Shown piece after piece: positions 12,484 to 25,264 of a stretch of 64,000 nt of DNA. Position 1 is the stretch's first letter, and each line of letters opens with the position of its first letter. Both the position numbers and the translations under genes were made by a program. Source of the stretch: Ylistrum balloti (lineage: Eukaryota); NCBI RefSeq assembly GCF_031769215.1, contig NW_026782006.1, forward strand, positions 844,070 through 908,069, written 5' to 3'. A model generated the notes under the pieces. That model ran no database searches and had not been told where the DNA came from. It worked only from the letters and a program-made list of their open reading frames with translations.

Positions 12484-12767
12484 CTCAAAGCGAATTCATA
12501 TTTGTGGTATTTGTAAGTTGCTTCTAACGGTTACATTGAAAATAATACAATTCTACGACCACGGTATGGGATCGCTAAACATATATCTGTGTTTACATTG
12601 AATGCTTCACATATTCATGATAGTCGGATGTTATTTTAGTAGAAGACATAAATTTTTTAGAAATCTAGCAATAAAATCTAGTCGAGGAATTCCGACCAGC
12701 TGTAGTATCTAGTGTACTAACGTCACATTCACTTTTGTGTACTTTCAGTGTATTGTATAAGTAGTAC

Positions 12768-12869
12768 CTCTGCTTCAAGTTTCAAGTCAACCTTCTCTTC
12801 TCCTTTAAAGGTGCCGAAGAATCCAACATGAGCATGCGCAGACCAAACAGGTGGTAAACTAGTAGCAAT
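12768..12869 (-). CDS. Gene B candidate exon: N-terminal part of the CADG-like domain (IATSLPPVWSAHAHVGFFGTFKGEEKVDLKLEAE)
   Basis: Polypyrimidine tract + AG (tttttttaaatgtttaAG). Phase 0/0 of 102 nt. Donor AG|GTACTA. Joins in frame to the DPEGG exon. Acceptor choice is ambiguous (alternative AG 11 nt downstream). Confidence 0.45.
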
Positions 12870-13489
12870 CTTAAACATTTAAAAAAATCCATTTAAACAA
12901 CCACTTAAACACGGACAAAAAAAGTTTTTCTATAGACGGTTTCATCCAAATTTAGCAGTGTGTTTACTATCAAAAAGGATGTTCCTCCCATTAAGTGAAT
13001 TTTACAGTTTAACCATAACAAAATCTAGAATAATTGTCCTGTACAAGTAAACATACAAAGCAGATCGTCATTGTCGAATTACAGAACAGCATACATAACA
13101 ATGGGCCAGTCAGCGTGAACGGTCACCTGACTATAAAGATCTATAAATAACAGTAACAGTGGTAGTGGGAACAATGATTAAAGGATTAAAACAAATATCA
13201 TATTAACTATTTAGTTAATAAAAAATACCAACACTGTTCCAGTTTAGCTCCCCTTCCCCCTTCACTGCTTAATGATGCCATTGGAAATGAAGAAGCAGTT
13301 TTGTGTTTTGATTTCGGAACGCCAATAAAAATATGTAAATTTTATCAGAACTATGGCAGGATCAATCACTAAAATTTTTAGATCAATCTCACTTGTGGAA
13401 CTTGAGGATTTTAAAAAAAAATATGTGTTGTTGAAGAAATGAAAGATTTTGCAAACATGTTACAAAATGCCTCCCATTGCTTCCATGTT

Positions 13490-13720
13490 GAACACCCTCT
13501 CATTATTCCTACCAATTTTCAGCTGAATAGTATCAGTGGAACAGGAGAAGAAGTAAACAATTTTCAGACGGTGACTGACCCTTAAAATTAGACCAGTGGT
13601 TACATCTAAGGATCAATCCTGGCAAGTTCCAACTGAATACTGCCGGTAGAACTGGACAGGAAGTTTAATATGTGAAGACTGGGAATCACCACCACTTAAC
13701 TCACTTCATTTCTTGTTGGA
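13490..13720. mobile_element. SINE/MITE-like dispersed element: two ~90-bp related half-units (..CCAACTGAATA...GTGGAACAGGAGAAGAAGT..CAGACGGTGACTGACC)
   Basis: Same motif architecture recurs at 28850-29230 (TGGTACTGGAGAAGAAGTTTAAG...GGATTTCAGACTGACC; CCAACTCAATAGCAGCAGTGGGACTGGAGAA). Confidence 0.4.
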
Positions 13721-13870
13721 TATAGAGAATATTCCGCAAAGTTACTAGACTCAGGTCAGTTGTGTGGTATGGTTGAGACCATCGATCTCGCGTACCACAA
13801 GTATGATACAGAGAAGATATATGAGCTCTGAGTACAATATATCACCTGGGAATGGATAAAGTAATATTAC

Positions 13871-13954
13871 CTGGATAATGTGACGTAGGTCTACGTCCTC
13901 CAAGTACACAGAACCTCCATTTGGTCCGGGCAGTACGTGCAAGTCCTGGGTCAT
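13871..13954 (-). CDS. Gene B candidate 5' coding exon (MTQDLHVLPGPNGGSVYLEDVDLRHIIQ) immediately abutting the 33-bp satellite
   Basis: Strong donor CAG|GTAATA at 13870. Phase 0 compatible with 12869 exon. Start may be the ATG at 13954 or an acceptor inside the satellite (ttggcAG|gctgg). Confidence 0.35.
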
Positions 13955-13956
13955 AC

Positions 13957-16565
13957 GACCAGCCTGCCAACAAAGGATAGATTTAAAATGACCAGCCTGC
14001 CAACAAAGGATAGACTTACACTGACAAGCCTGCCAACAAAGGACAGACTTACAACGACAAGCCTGCCAACAATGGATAGACTTACAATGACCAGCCTGCC
14101 AACAAAGGATAGACTTACAACAAGCAGCCTGTCAACAAAGGATAGACTTACAACAACCAGCCTGCCAACAAAGGATAGATTTACAACAACCAGCCTGCCA
14201 ACAAAGGATAGGCTTACAATGACCAGCCTGCCAACAAAGGATAGACTTACAACAACCACCTGCCAACAAAGGATAGACTTACAACAACCAGCCTGCCAAC
14301 AAAGGATAGACTTACAACAACCAGCCTGCCAACAAAGGATAGATGTACATCAACCAGCCTGTCAACAAAGGATAGATTTACAACAACCAGCCTGCCAACA
14401 AAGGATAGACTTACAACAACCAGCCTGCCAACAAAGGATAGATGTACATCAACCAGCCTGTCAACAAAGGATAGACTTACAACAACCAGCCTGCCAACAA
14501 AGGATAGACTTACAACAACCAGCCTGCCAACAAAGGATAGATGTACATCAACCAGCCTGCCAACAAAGGATAGATGTACATCAACCAGCCTGCCAACAAA
14601 GGATAGATGTACATCAACCAGCCTGTCAACAAAGGATAGACTTACAATGACCAGCCTGCCAACAAAGGATAGACTTACAACAAGCAGCCTGTCAACAAAG
14701 GATAGACTTACAACAACAAGCCTGCCAACAAAGGATAGACTTACAACAACCAGCCTGCCAACAAAGGATAGATGTACATCAACCAGCCTGCCAACAAAGG
14801 ATAGATGTACATCAACCAGCCTGTCAACAAAGGATAGACTTACAATGACCAGCCTGCCAACAAAGGATAGACTTACAACAAGCAGCCTGTCAACAAAGGA
14901 TAGACTTACAACAACCAGCCTGCCAACAAAGGATAGATTTACAACAACCAGCCTGCCAACAAAGGATAGATTTACAACAACCAGCCTGCCAACAAAGGAT
15001 AGATTTACATCAACCAGCCTGCCAACAAAGGATAGACTTACAACAACCAGCCTGCCAACAAAGGATAGATGTACATCAACCAGCCTGTCAACAAAGGATA
15101 GATGTACATCAACCAGCCTGTCAACAAAGGATAGACTTACAATGACCAGCCTGCCAACAAAGGATAGACTTACAATGACCAGCCTGTCAACAAAGAATAG
15201 ACTTACAACAACCAGCCTGCCAACAAAGGATAGATTTACAACAACCAGCCTGCCAACAAAGGATAGGCTTACAATGACCAGCCTGCCAACAAAGGATAGA
15301 CTTACAACAACCACCTGCCAACAAAGGATAGACTTACAACAACCAGCCTGTCAACAAAGGATAGACTTACAACAACCAGCCTGCCAACAAAGGATAGATG
15401 TACATCAACCAGCCTGTCAACAAAGGATAGACTTACAATGACCAGCCTGCCAACAAAGGATAGACTTACAACAAGCAGCCTGTCAACAAAGGATAGACTT
15501 ACAACAACCAGCCTGCCAACAAAGGATAGATTTACAACAACCAGCCTGCCAACAAAGGATAGGCTTACAATGACCAGCCTGCCAACAAAGGATAGACTTA
15601 CAACAACCACCTGCCAACAAAGGATAGACTTACAACAACCAGCCTGCCAACAAAGGATAGACTTACAACAACCACCTGCCAACAAAGGATAGACTTACAA
15701 CAACCAGCCTGTCAACAAAGGATAGACTTACAACAACCAGCCTGCCAACAAAGGATAGATGTACATCAACCAGCCTGTCAACAAAGGATAGACTTACAAT
15801 GACCAGCCTGCCAACAAAGGATAGACTTACAACAAGCAGCCTGTCAACAAAGGATAGACTTACAACAACCAGCCTGCCAACAAAGGATAGATTTACAACA
15901 ACCAGCCTGCCAACAAAGGATAGGCTTACAATGACCAGCCTGCCAACAAAGGATAGACTTACAACAACCACCTGCCAACAAAGGATAGACTTACAACAAC
16001 CAGCCTGCCAACAAAGGATAGACTTACAACAACCAGCCTGCCAACAAAGGATAGATTTACAACAACCAGCCTGCCAACAAAGGATAGATGTACATCAACC
16101 AGCCTGTCAACAAAGGATAGATTTACAACAACCAGCCTGCCAACAAAGGATAGACTTACAATGACCAGCCTGCCAACAAAGAATAGATTTACCACAACCA
16201 GCCTGCCAACAAAGGATAGATTACAACAACCAGCCTACAACAACCAGCCTGCCAACAAAGGATAGACTTACAACAACCACCTGCCAACAAAGGATAGATT
16301 TACAACAACCAGCCTGTCAACAAAGGATAGACTTACAACAACCAGCCTGCCAGCAAAGGATAGACTTACAATGACCAGCCTGCCAACACAGGATAGATGT
16401 ACATCAACCAGCCTGCCTACAAAGGATAGACTTACAATGACCAGCCTGCCAACAAAGGATAGACTTACAATGACCAGCCTGCCAACAAAGGATAGACTTA
16501 CAACAACCAGCCTGCCAACAATGGATAGATTTACATCAACCAGCCTGTTAACAAAGGAAAGACTC
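13957..16565. repeat. Satellite B: 33-bp unit (CCAGCCTGCCAACAAAGGATAGACTTACAACAA), ~79 copies
   Basis: Direct reading. 11-aa periodic ORFs (TSLPTKDRLTT / VVVSLSFVGRL) on both strands are repeat artefacts. Confidence 0.97.
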
Positions 16566-17118
16566 TAGTGAGGATGTAGTTAACGTCTATATCTATACAA
16601 AGAATGTACACACACGTGAATCTTTTGTTTTTATTTAATTAGATATAAGCTTTCTTTTACCCTTTTTTATCAGAAGTATACTTGCTAGTATTCAATCCAA
16701 TTAACAATTTGGCTTCAGAGTTTTCAATGTGCTTCTATAAATAGGCAAACATGTTTCCTTGTAGAATAAACATCGTGATTTATTGTACTATCCGATGATA
16801 TCGATATAACGTAAAATATCGTAGGTCGTCAGGTTTGAGTTCAGTAACGTATTAATAAGGCACAATACACCTTGTTTATTGAATATCAAAATATTAGATG
16901 CTGACAGATACAACTAAGAAGCGTCCTGTTATCGTAGATCGTAAAGTTATCCAATAACACCTCTGGGAGTCTGCAATGATTATAAGGAAGGTATTACGTT
17001 CAAGCATGTTGTTTCTGGTTATCTCTCTCGGGAAATTTCAGACATTCAAGTTACCTGTAAGGAAACGTTACCGTCATCCTGGGCCGCTACGACGACACTC
17101 GGGTATCTGATGTCGAAA

Positions 17119-17700
17119 ACTCTGAAATGGGAAACCTTATTGTAGAACATGACAACTTGATGTCTAACATTCTGAAATGGGAAACCTTATTATAGAACAT
17201 GACAACTTGATGTCTAACATTCTGAAATGGGAAACCTTATTATAGAACATGACAACTTGATGTCTAACATTCTGAAATGGGAAACCTTATTATAGAACAT
17301 GACAACTTGATGTCTAACATTCTGAAATGGGAAACCTTATTATAGAACATGACAACTTGGTGTCTAACATTCTGAAATGGGAAACCTTATTATAGAACAT
17401 GACAACTTGATGTCTAACATTCTGAAATGGGAAACCTTATTATAGAACATGACAACTTGGTGTCTAACATTCTGAAATGGAAACCTTATTATAGAACATG
17501 ACAACTTGATGTCTAACATTCTGAAATGGAAAACCTCTGAAATAGGAAACTTTGTTGTAGAACATGACCACGTGATATCTAACATCCTGAAATGGGAAAC
17601 CTTGTTGTAGAACATGACCACGTGATATCTAACATCCTGAAATGGGAAACCTTGTTGTAGAACATGGCTACGTGATGTCAAACTCTCCGATATAGGAAAT
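17119..17700. repeat. Satellite C: 50-bp unit (TCTGAAATGGGAAACCTTATTATAGAACATGACAACTTGATGTCTAACAT), ~11 copies, decaying to ~17800
   Basis: Unit start positions 17121, 17171, 17221 ... read directly. Confidence 0.9.
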
Positions 17701-18474
17701 TTTTTTTATAAAGCATGACTACGTGGTGTCAAATACTGCGAAATGAGAAACATTGTAAATCACAAGTACGTGATGCCTAACTGTCCGAAATGGGAAACCT
17801 TAGTTCAGGGTAAAACCTTATCAAACAAACAAAAATGGGAAAGACTACTCCGATTACACAACCACCATTGTCATGGTCAGTTTATGTACATCTCACATTC
17901 AATATGGGGCTCCGTTTTAGTAATTCTTCACAATGTGAAAAATTTGTTTTCGAATTACCCCTAAATATAAGTAAAGAAAATCAGACGATTCCATTGTTTT
18001 CCTTTCGATCCGCTGTCTCTGGCCAATTTCTCTCTCTGACACTTTCACTCTCACTTAGTACATCCAGGCATAACAGATATTTTGTTTATAATTGTTCTAT
18101 TTACATAGTTTGAATTTTCGTTCTTGAAAATTTAGTTTTAGAGTATCCAGAGTAAACACTGAAAAGCATTCTGTCGAAACGTGCTCTTTGGAGTACTTTT
18201 ATCAGCTCTCGGGATGGCTTTGAGAAATACGTTGTGAAATATATCGAAAGGAGACAAAAGAAAATGAATCCGCAAATGACGTACAAGTACATTGTAGATT
18301 GTGGAGACATCTCGGTTCTTCTCTTCATTCATTATTACTACGGCTTATATTTAAAGGAAAAACGAGTAAAGAAATATAGAAATAGTAAATAAATGTGTTC
18401 CTTTCCTAACACAGGCTGTACTGTAAAGCACACGTAATAGAACAGTTTCTGATGGAAAAACTTACGTCTCTTTT

Positions 18475-18625
18475 CTATTCATAGGAGGAATACAAAGATT
18501 GTACAAAAGACACACAAGTGAATAACACCTTTTAATACAAAGTTTGTACAAAAGACACACAAGTGAATAACACCTTTAAATACAAGGATTGTACGAAAGA
18601 CACACAAGTAATTACCATTTTTCAA
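18475..18625. repeat. Short tandem repeat, ~48-bp unit x3 (..TGTACAAAAGACACACAAGTGAATAACACCTTT..)
   Basis: Direct reading. Confidence 0.8.
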
Positions 18626-18689
18626 TGGTCAAATATTAGATAGAGTAAAGAATAACAATGAATTCCACTGCATCATACTGCTGTTTCCT

Positions 18690-18850
18690 CCTTCCAGGAC
18701 TCGTCAGTGAAGCTACATCATACTGCTGTTTCCTCCTTCCAGGACTCGTCAGTGATGCTACGTCATACTGCTGTTTCCTCCTTCCAGGACTCGTCAGTGA
18801 TTCTACATCATACTGCTGTTTCCTCCTTCCAGGACTCGTCAGTGATTTTC
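18690..18850. repeat. Short tandem repeat, 42-bp unit x4 (CTACATCATACTGCTGTTTCCTCCTTCCAGGACTCGTCAGTGA)
   Basis: Direct reading. Confidence 0.85.
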
Positions 18851-18959
18851 CTGAATTTTGAAGCCTAGGAGGCGACTGAGGAAAATCTAAAGTGATTGAA
18901 TTTTTTTCAAATCTAGACGGGTGCAGCAACCCCATAATTAAATAAATTGGCAGTAGGGG

Positions 18960-21900
18960 AAAGTGAAGGCCTATTACACATGTTGTCATTAAGCCTATTA
19001 CACGACATGTTGTCAGTATGGCTACTACATGGACATGTTGTCAGTATGCCTATTACATGACACGTTGTCATTAAGCCTATTACATGACATGTTGCCATTA
19101 TGCCTATTGCATGACATGTTGCCATTATGCCTATTGCATGACATGTTGTCAGTATGCCTATTATATGACATTTGTCAATAAGCCTATTACATGATATGTT
19201 GTCAGTATGCCTATTACATGGACACGTTGTCATTAAGCCTATTACATGACACGTTGTCATTATGTCTATTACATGACACGTTGTCAGTATGCCTATTACA
19301 TGGACACGTTGTCATTAAGCCTATTACATGACATGATGTCTTTAAGCCTATTACATGACATGTTGTCAGTATGCCTATTACATGACATGTTGTCATTAAG
19401 CCTATTACATGAAATGTTGTCATTATTCATATTTCATGACACGTTATCATTATGCCTGTTTTATGACACGTTGTCAGTATGCCTATTACAGGACACGTTG
19501 TCATTAAGCCTATTACAGGACATGATGTCTTTAAGCCTATTACATGGACACGTTGTCATTAAGCCTATTACATGACACGTTGTCATTAAGCCTATTACAT
19601 GACATGTTGTCAGTATGGCTATTGCATGACACGTTGTCATTAAGCCAATTATATGATATGTTGTCATAAAGCCTATTACATGACATGTTGTCATTATGTT
19701 TAGTACATGAAACGTTGTTGTGTATTACCTGATATGTAGTCATTATGCCTATTACATGGACACGTTGTCAATAAGCCTATTACATGACACGTTGTCATTA
19801 AGCCTATTACATGACACGTTGTCATTATGTTTATTACATGACATGTTGTCAGTATGGCTATTACATGACACGTTGTCATTAAGGCTATTTCATGACATGT
19901 TGTCAGTATGGCTATTACATGACATGATGTCTTTAAGCCTATTACATGACATGTTGTCAGTATGCCTATTACATGACATGTTGTCATTAAGCCTATTACA
20001 TTACACGTTGTTATTAAGCATATTACATGACGCGTTGTCATTAAGCCTATTACATGACATGATGTCAGTATGCCTATTATATGACATTTGTCAATAAGCC
20101 TATTACATGATATGTTGTCAGTATGCCTATTACATGGACACGTTGTCATTAAGCCTATTACATGACACGTTGTCATTAAGCCTATTACATGACACGTCAT
20201 TAATCCTATTACATGACACGTTGTCATTTAGCCTAGTTCATGACATGTTGTCAGTATGCCTATTACATAACATGTTGTCATTAAGCCTATTACATGATAT
20301 GTTGTTAGTATGGCTATTACATGACATGATGTCTTTAAGCCTATTACATGACATGTTGTCATTAAGCCTATTACATGGACACGATTGTCATTAAGCCTAT
20401 TACATGACATGCCTTTAAGCCTATTACATGGACACGTTGTTATTATGTCTATTACATGACATGTTGTCAGTATGGCTATTACATGACATGATGTCTTTAA
20501 GGCTATCACATGACATGTTGTCATTAAGCCTATTACATCACACGTTGTCATTAAGCCTATTACATGAAACGTTGTTGTCTATTACATGACACGTTGTCAT
20601 TTAGTCTATTACATGACATGATGTCTTTAAGCCTATTAAATGACATGTTGTCATTATGTCTATTACATGACATGTTGTCAGTATGGCTATTACATGACAT
20701 GATGCATTTAAGCCTATTACATGATATGTTGTCATTATGCCAATTGCATGACACGTTGTCAGTATGCCTATTACATGACACGTTGTCATTAAGCCTATTA
20801 CATGACACGTTGTAAGTATGCCTATTACATGACAAGTTGTCATTAAGCCTATTACATGACATGTTGTCAGTATGCCTATTACATGACACGTTGTCATTAA
20901 GCCTATTACATGACACGTTGTTGTCCATTACATGACACGTTGTCATTAAGCCTATTATATGACATGTTGTCATTAAGTCTATTACATGACATGATGTCTT
21001 TAAGCCTATTAAATGACACGTTGTTATTAAGCCTATTACATGACGCGTTGTCATTAAGCCTATTACATGACATGTTGTCATTAAGCCTATTACATTACAC
21101 GTTGTTATTAAGCATATTACATGACGCGTTGTCATTAAGTCTATTACATGACATGATGTCTTTAAGCCTATTAAATGACACGTTGTTATTAAGCCTATTA
21201 CATGACGCGTTGTCATTAAGCCTATTACATGACATGTTGTCATTAAGCCTATTACATGGACACGTTGTTATTAAGCCTATTACATGACGCGTTGTCATTA
21301 AGTCTATTACATGACATGATGTCTTTAAGCCTATTACATGACATGATGCCTTTAAGCCTATTAATGACATGTTGTCATTAAGCCCATTAGATGACACGTT
21401 GTCATTAAGCCTATTACATGATATGTTGTCAGTATGGCTATTACATGACATGATGTCTTTAAGCCTATTACATGATATGTTGTCAGTATGGCTATTACAT
21501 GACATGATGTCTTTAAGCCTATTAAATGACACGTTGTTATTAAACCTATTACATGACGCGTTGTCATTATGTCTATTACATGATATGTTGTCAGTATGGC
21601 TATTACATGACATGATGTCTTTAAGCCTATTACATGACACGTTGTCATTAAGCCTATTACATGATATATTGTCATTATGTCTATTACATGACATGATGTC
21701 TATAAGCCTATTACATGACACGTTGTCATTAAGCCTATTACACGACACGTTGTCATTATGTCTATTACATGACATGTTGTCAGTATGGCTATTACATGAC
21801 ATGATGTCTTTAAGGCTATTACATGACATGTTGTCATTAAGCCTATTACATGACATGTTGTCAGTATGTCTATTACATGACATGTTGTCAGTATGCCTAT

Positions 21901-22110
21901 TACATGACATGTTGTCATTAAGCCTATTACATGGACACGTTGTTATTAAGCCTATTACATGACGCGTTGTCATTAAGTCTATTACATGACATGTTGTCAG
22001 TATGGCTATTACATGACTTGATGTCTTTAAGCCTATAACATGACATGATGCCTTTAAGCCTATTAATGACATGTTGTCATTAAGCCCATTACATGAAATG
22101 TTTGTCATTT
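18960..22110. repeat. Satellite F: 30-bp unit (ATTACATGACACGTTGTCATTAAGCCTATT), ~105 copies; unit contains imperfect palindrome TGACA-CGT-TGTCA
   Basis: 10-aa periodic ORFs (HVIGLMTTCH etc.). Direct reading. Confidence 0.97.
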
Positions 22111-22894
22111 TGCCTACAGGAATATTATCTGAATTGGGCATAATTACTTTAAACACTTGTCATCCGCTAATGAAAGGTTATTATAGAAACACAAGGTACT
22201 TACAAACAAACTACATAAGTACCTATAAAGAAGTTATTATTATCAACATCTCCTGTACTAATGTATTTTAAATCTATATGTTCGTTGATACACGTGTACA
22301 ATATTAGAATATGATAATAAATATTTCCCTTATTGATAAAACAAAGATCTATCAGGCCAGTCATCCTATCAATTTACAATATATAAACTTACCCATCATC
22401 TGCTGCAGTCGCTGTAACTAAAAGTAGTAAAACAATCATTCTTCTCGGCGGTCAAAACAAGCACGTCTGTAAAACTTCCGGCAATTCTCCAGACCTGTCG
22501 TTATCCCCGCGATTTTATCCTCGATTTCTCTGTTGCATAGCAGTATAAGGATTCTAGTTAATGTCTGAGATCAGACGATTTAGACTGGTTCTCGGTTACA
22601 TTGCTTGACATTAAATATACTGTGTTAGCTCAGACACAGGATTCTTAACTATGGTGTGTGACTTACGTAAACCAAACAATAGATATTTATATCAATGTTG
22701 ACAAATGTCTCCCCTCTGACTAACTAACGGTTAAATTCCCTACCACATCAACTCTGTCTATGACAAACACCGATACTATCGTTACATTAGTAACAAGAAT
22801 CCCATTTGACTCAGCTTCAGCAACATGTAAAAGTTTTTATACTGAAATGAAATATAAGAATACAAATGTCTCTAATGAATCTGAGGGTTTAACT

Positions 22895-24262
22895 ACAGAC
22901 TGATAAATAGACCTTGTAAGAAGAGGAGGGCACGGGTCACGGTATCCATGGTCTATGTACTACTGAGACCGATAAATAGACCTTGTTAGAAGAGGGGGAC
23001 ACGGGTCACGGTATCCATGGTCTATGTACTACTGAGACCGATAAATAGACCTTGTTAGAAGAGGGGGACACGGGTCACGGTATCCATGGTCTATGTACTA
23101 CTGAGACCGATAAATAGACCTTGTTAGAAGAGGAGGACACGGGTCACGGTATCCATGGTCTATGTACTACTGAGACCGATAAATAGACCTTGTTAGAAGA
23201 GGGGGACACGGGTCACGGTATCCGTGGTCTGTGTACTACTGAGACCGATAAATAGACCTTGTTAGAAGAGGAGGACACGGGTCACGGTATCCGTGGTCTA
23301 TGTACTACTGAGACCGATAAATACATCTTGTTAGAAGAGGGGGACACGGGTCACGGTATCCGTGGTCTATGTACTACTGAGACCGATAAATAGACCTTGT
23401 TAGAAGAGGGGGACACGGGTCACCGTATCTGTGGTCTATGTACTACTGAGACCGATAAATACATCTTGTTAGAAGAGGGGGACACGGGTCACCGTATCCG
23501 TGGTCTGTGTACTTATGAGATCGATAAATACATCTTGTTAGAAGAGGAGGGCACGGGTCACCGTATCCGTGGTCTGTGTACTTTTGAGACCGGTAAATAC
23601 ATCATGTTAGAAGAGGAGGGCACGGGTCACCGTATCCGTGGTCTGTGTACTTTTGAGACCGGTAAATACATCATGTTAGAAGAGGAGGGCACGGGTCACC
23701 GTATCCGTGGTCTGTGTACTTTTGAGACCGGTAAATACATCATGTTAGAAGAGGAGGGCACGGGTCACTGTATCCGTGGTCTGTGTACTACTGAGACCGA
23801 TAAATAGACCTTGTTAGAAGAGGAGGACACGGGTCACGGTATCCATGGTCTATGTACTACTGAGACCGATAAATAGACCTTGTAAGAAGAGGAGGGCACG
23901 GGTCACGGTATCCGTGGTCTATGTACTACTGAAACCGATCAATAGACCTTGTTAGAAGAGGAGGGCACGGGTCACGGTATCCGTGGTCTATGTACTACTG
24001 AAACCGATAATTGACCTTGTTAGAAGAGGAGGGCACGGGTCACGGTATCCATGGTCTATGTACTACTGAGACCGATAAATAGACCTTGTAAGAAGAGGAG
24101 GGCACGGGTCACGGTATCCGTGGTCTATGTACTACTGAAACCGATCAATAGACCTTGTTAGAAGAGGAGGGCACGGGTCACGGTATCCGTGGTCTATGTA
24201 CTACTGAAACCGATAATTGACCTTGTTAGAAGAGGAGGGCACGGGTCACGGTATCCATGATC
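22895..24262. repeat. Satellite G: 69-bp unit (..CCTTGTTAGAAGAGGGGGACACGGGTCACGGTATCCATGGTCTATGTACTACTGAGACCGATAAATAGA), ~20 copies
   Basis: Unit starts at 22912 and 22981 (period 69). 23-aa periodic ORF. Confidence 0.95.
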
Positions 24263-25040
24263 CTTAACGAGGTTTTAGTTGAAGAGAGCAATCCCTGTCG
24301 AAATTTTAGTTGATGATAGATCGCTTACAGGGTTTCAGTTGAAGAGAGAGCTCTCTACCAAAGGTTCAATTGAATGAAGGGAGATTCCTGACAAAGGATC
24401 AATTGAAGAGAGATTTCTAACGTAGTTTTAGTTGAAGAGAGATTCCTGATAAAGGATTAATTGAAGAAAGATTCCTGACAAAGGATTAATTGAATGAAGA
24501 GAGATTTATAACAAAGGTTTAATTGAAGAGATTTCTAACGTAGTTTTAGTTGAAGAGAGATTCCTGACAAAGGATTAACTGAATGAAGAGAGATTTCTAA
24601 CAAAGGTTTAATTGAAGAGATTTCTAACGTAGTTTTAGTTGAAGAGAGATTCCTGACAAAGGATTAACTGAATGAAGAGAGATTTCTAACAAAGGTTTAA
24701 TTGAAGAGATTTCTAACGTAGTTTTAGTTGAAGAGAGATTCCTGACAAAGGATTAACTGAATGAAGAGATATTTCTAACAAAGGTTTAATTGAAGAGATT
24801 TCTAACGTAGTTTTAGTTGAAGAGAGATTCCTGACAAAGGATTAATTGAATGAAGAGAGATTTCTAACAAAGGTTTAATTGAAGAGAGATTTCTAACGTA
24901 GTTTTAGTTGAAGAGAGATTCCTGACAAAGGATTAATTGAATGAAGAGAGATTCCCGACAAAGGATTAATTGAATGAAGAGAGATTCCTAACAAAGGATT
25001 AATTGAAGAGAGATTTCTATGGTAGTTTTTAGTTGAAGAG
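24262..25040. repeat. Satellite H: compound ~89-bp unit (TTTAGTTGAAGAGAGATTCCTGACAAAGGATTAACTGAATGAAGAGAGATTTCTAACAAAGGTTTAATTGAAGAGATTTCTAACGTAG), ~8 copies, with internal ~45-bp sub-repeat
   Basis: Direct reading. Period measured 24541 -> 24630. Confidence 0.85.
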
Positions 25041-25264
25041 AATGATCAACAAGACCTTAAAAATGGTTTCAGCTGTAACATGTAAACAGCATAGGTGGCT
25101 GGAGAGATGTACCTGTTGCTTTTGTTGTAAGAAACACTTGGGGTTAGCGGGTGATGTAGAAAAGTATGTCTTGTCCTTGATTTCCGATTCTGGTGGGTTT
25201 ATTCGATAGACATGGTCAATAAATGTCTTACTACTCAATGAGACATCATCAAGATGATTGGGGG

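Noticed and set aside
13751-13870. Continuation of the 67-aa minus ORF (13751-13954) beyond 13871
   Set aside because: A strong donor (CAG|GTAATA) at 13870 and phase compatibility with the downstream exon suggest the coding part stops at 13871. The remainder reads as intron.
14247-15314. Long ORFs inside the satellites: 355 aa at 14247-15314, 353 aa at 21095-22156, 357 aa at 45276-46349, 380-aa N-terminal part at 50600-50738, and the many 60-260-aa ORFs on both strands of every array
   Set aside because: Their peptides are exact periodic translations of the repeat unit on both strands (e.g. VVVSLSFVGRL / TSLPTKDRLTT). They arise because short units lacking stop codons stay open when tandemly repeated. 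They are not genes.
17040-17118. GC-richer segment (..GGGCCGCTACGACGACACTCGGG..) between a CAG|GTAACT donor-like site (minus strand, ~17055) and the first satellite-C unit, with an open minus-strand frame VFDIRYPSVVVAAQDDGNVSLQ
   Set aside because: It would need an acceptor inside the satellite; each C unit has CCCATTTCAG on the minus strand. There is no recognisable peptide and no supporting neighbouring exon. It is too weak to call.
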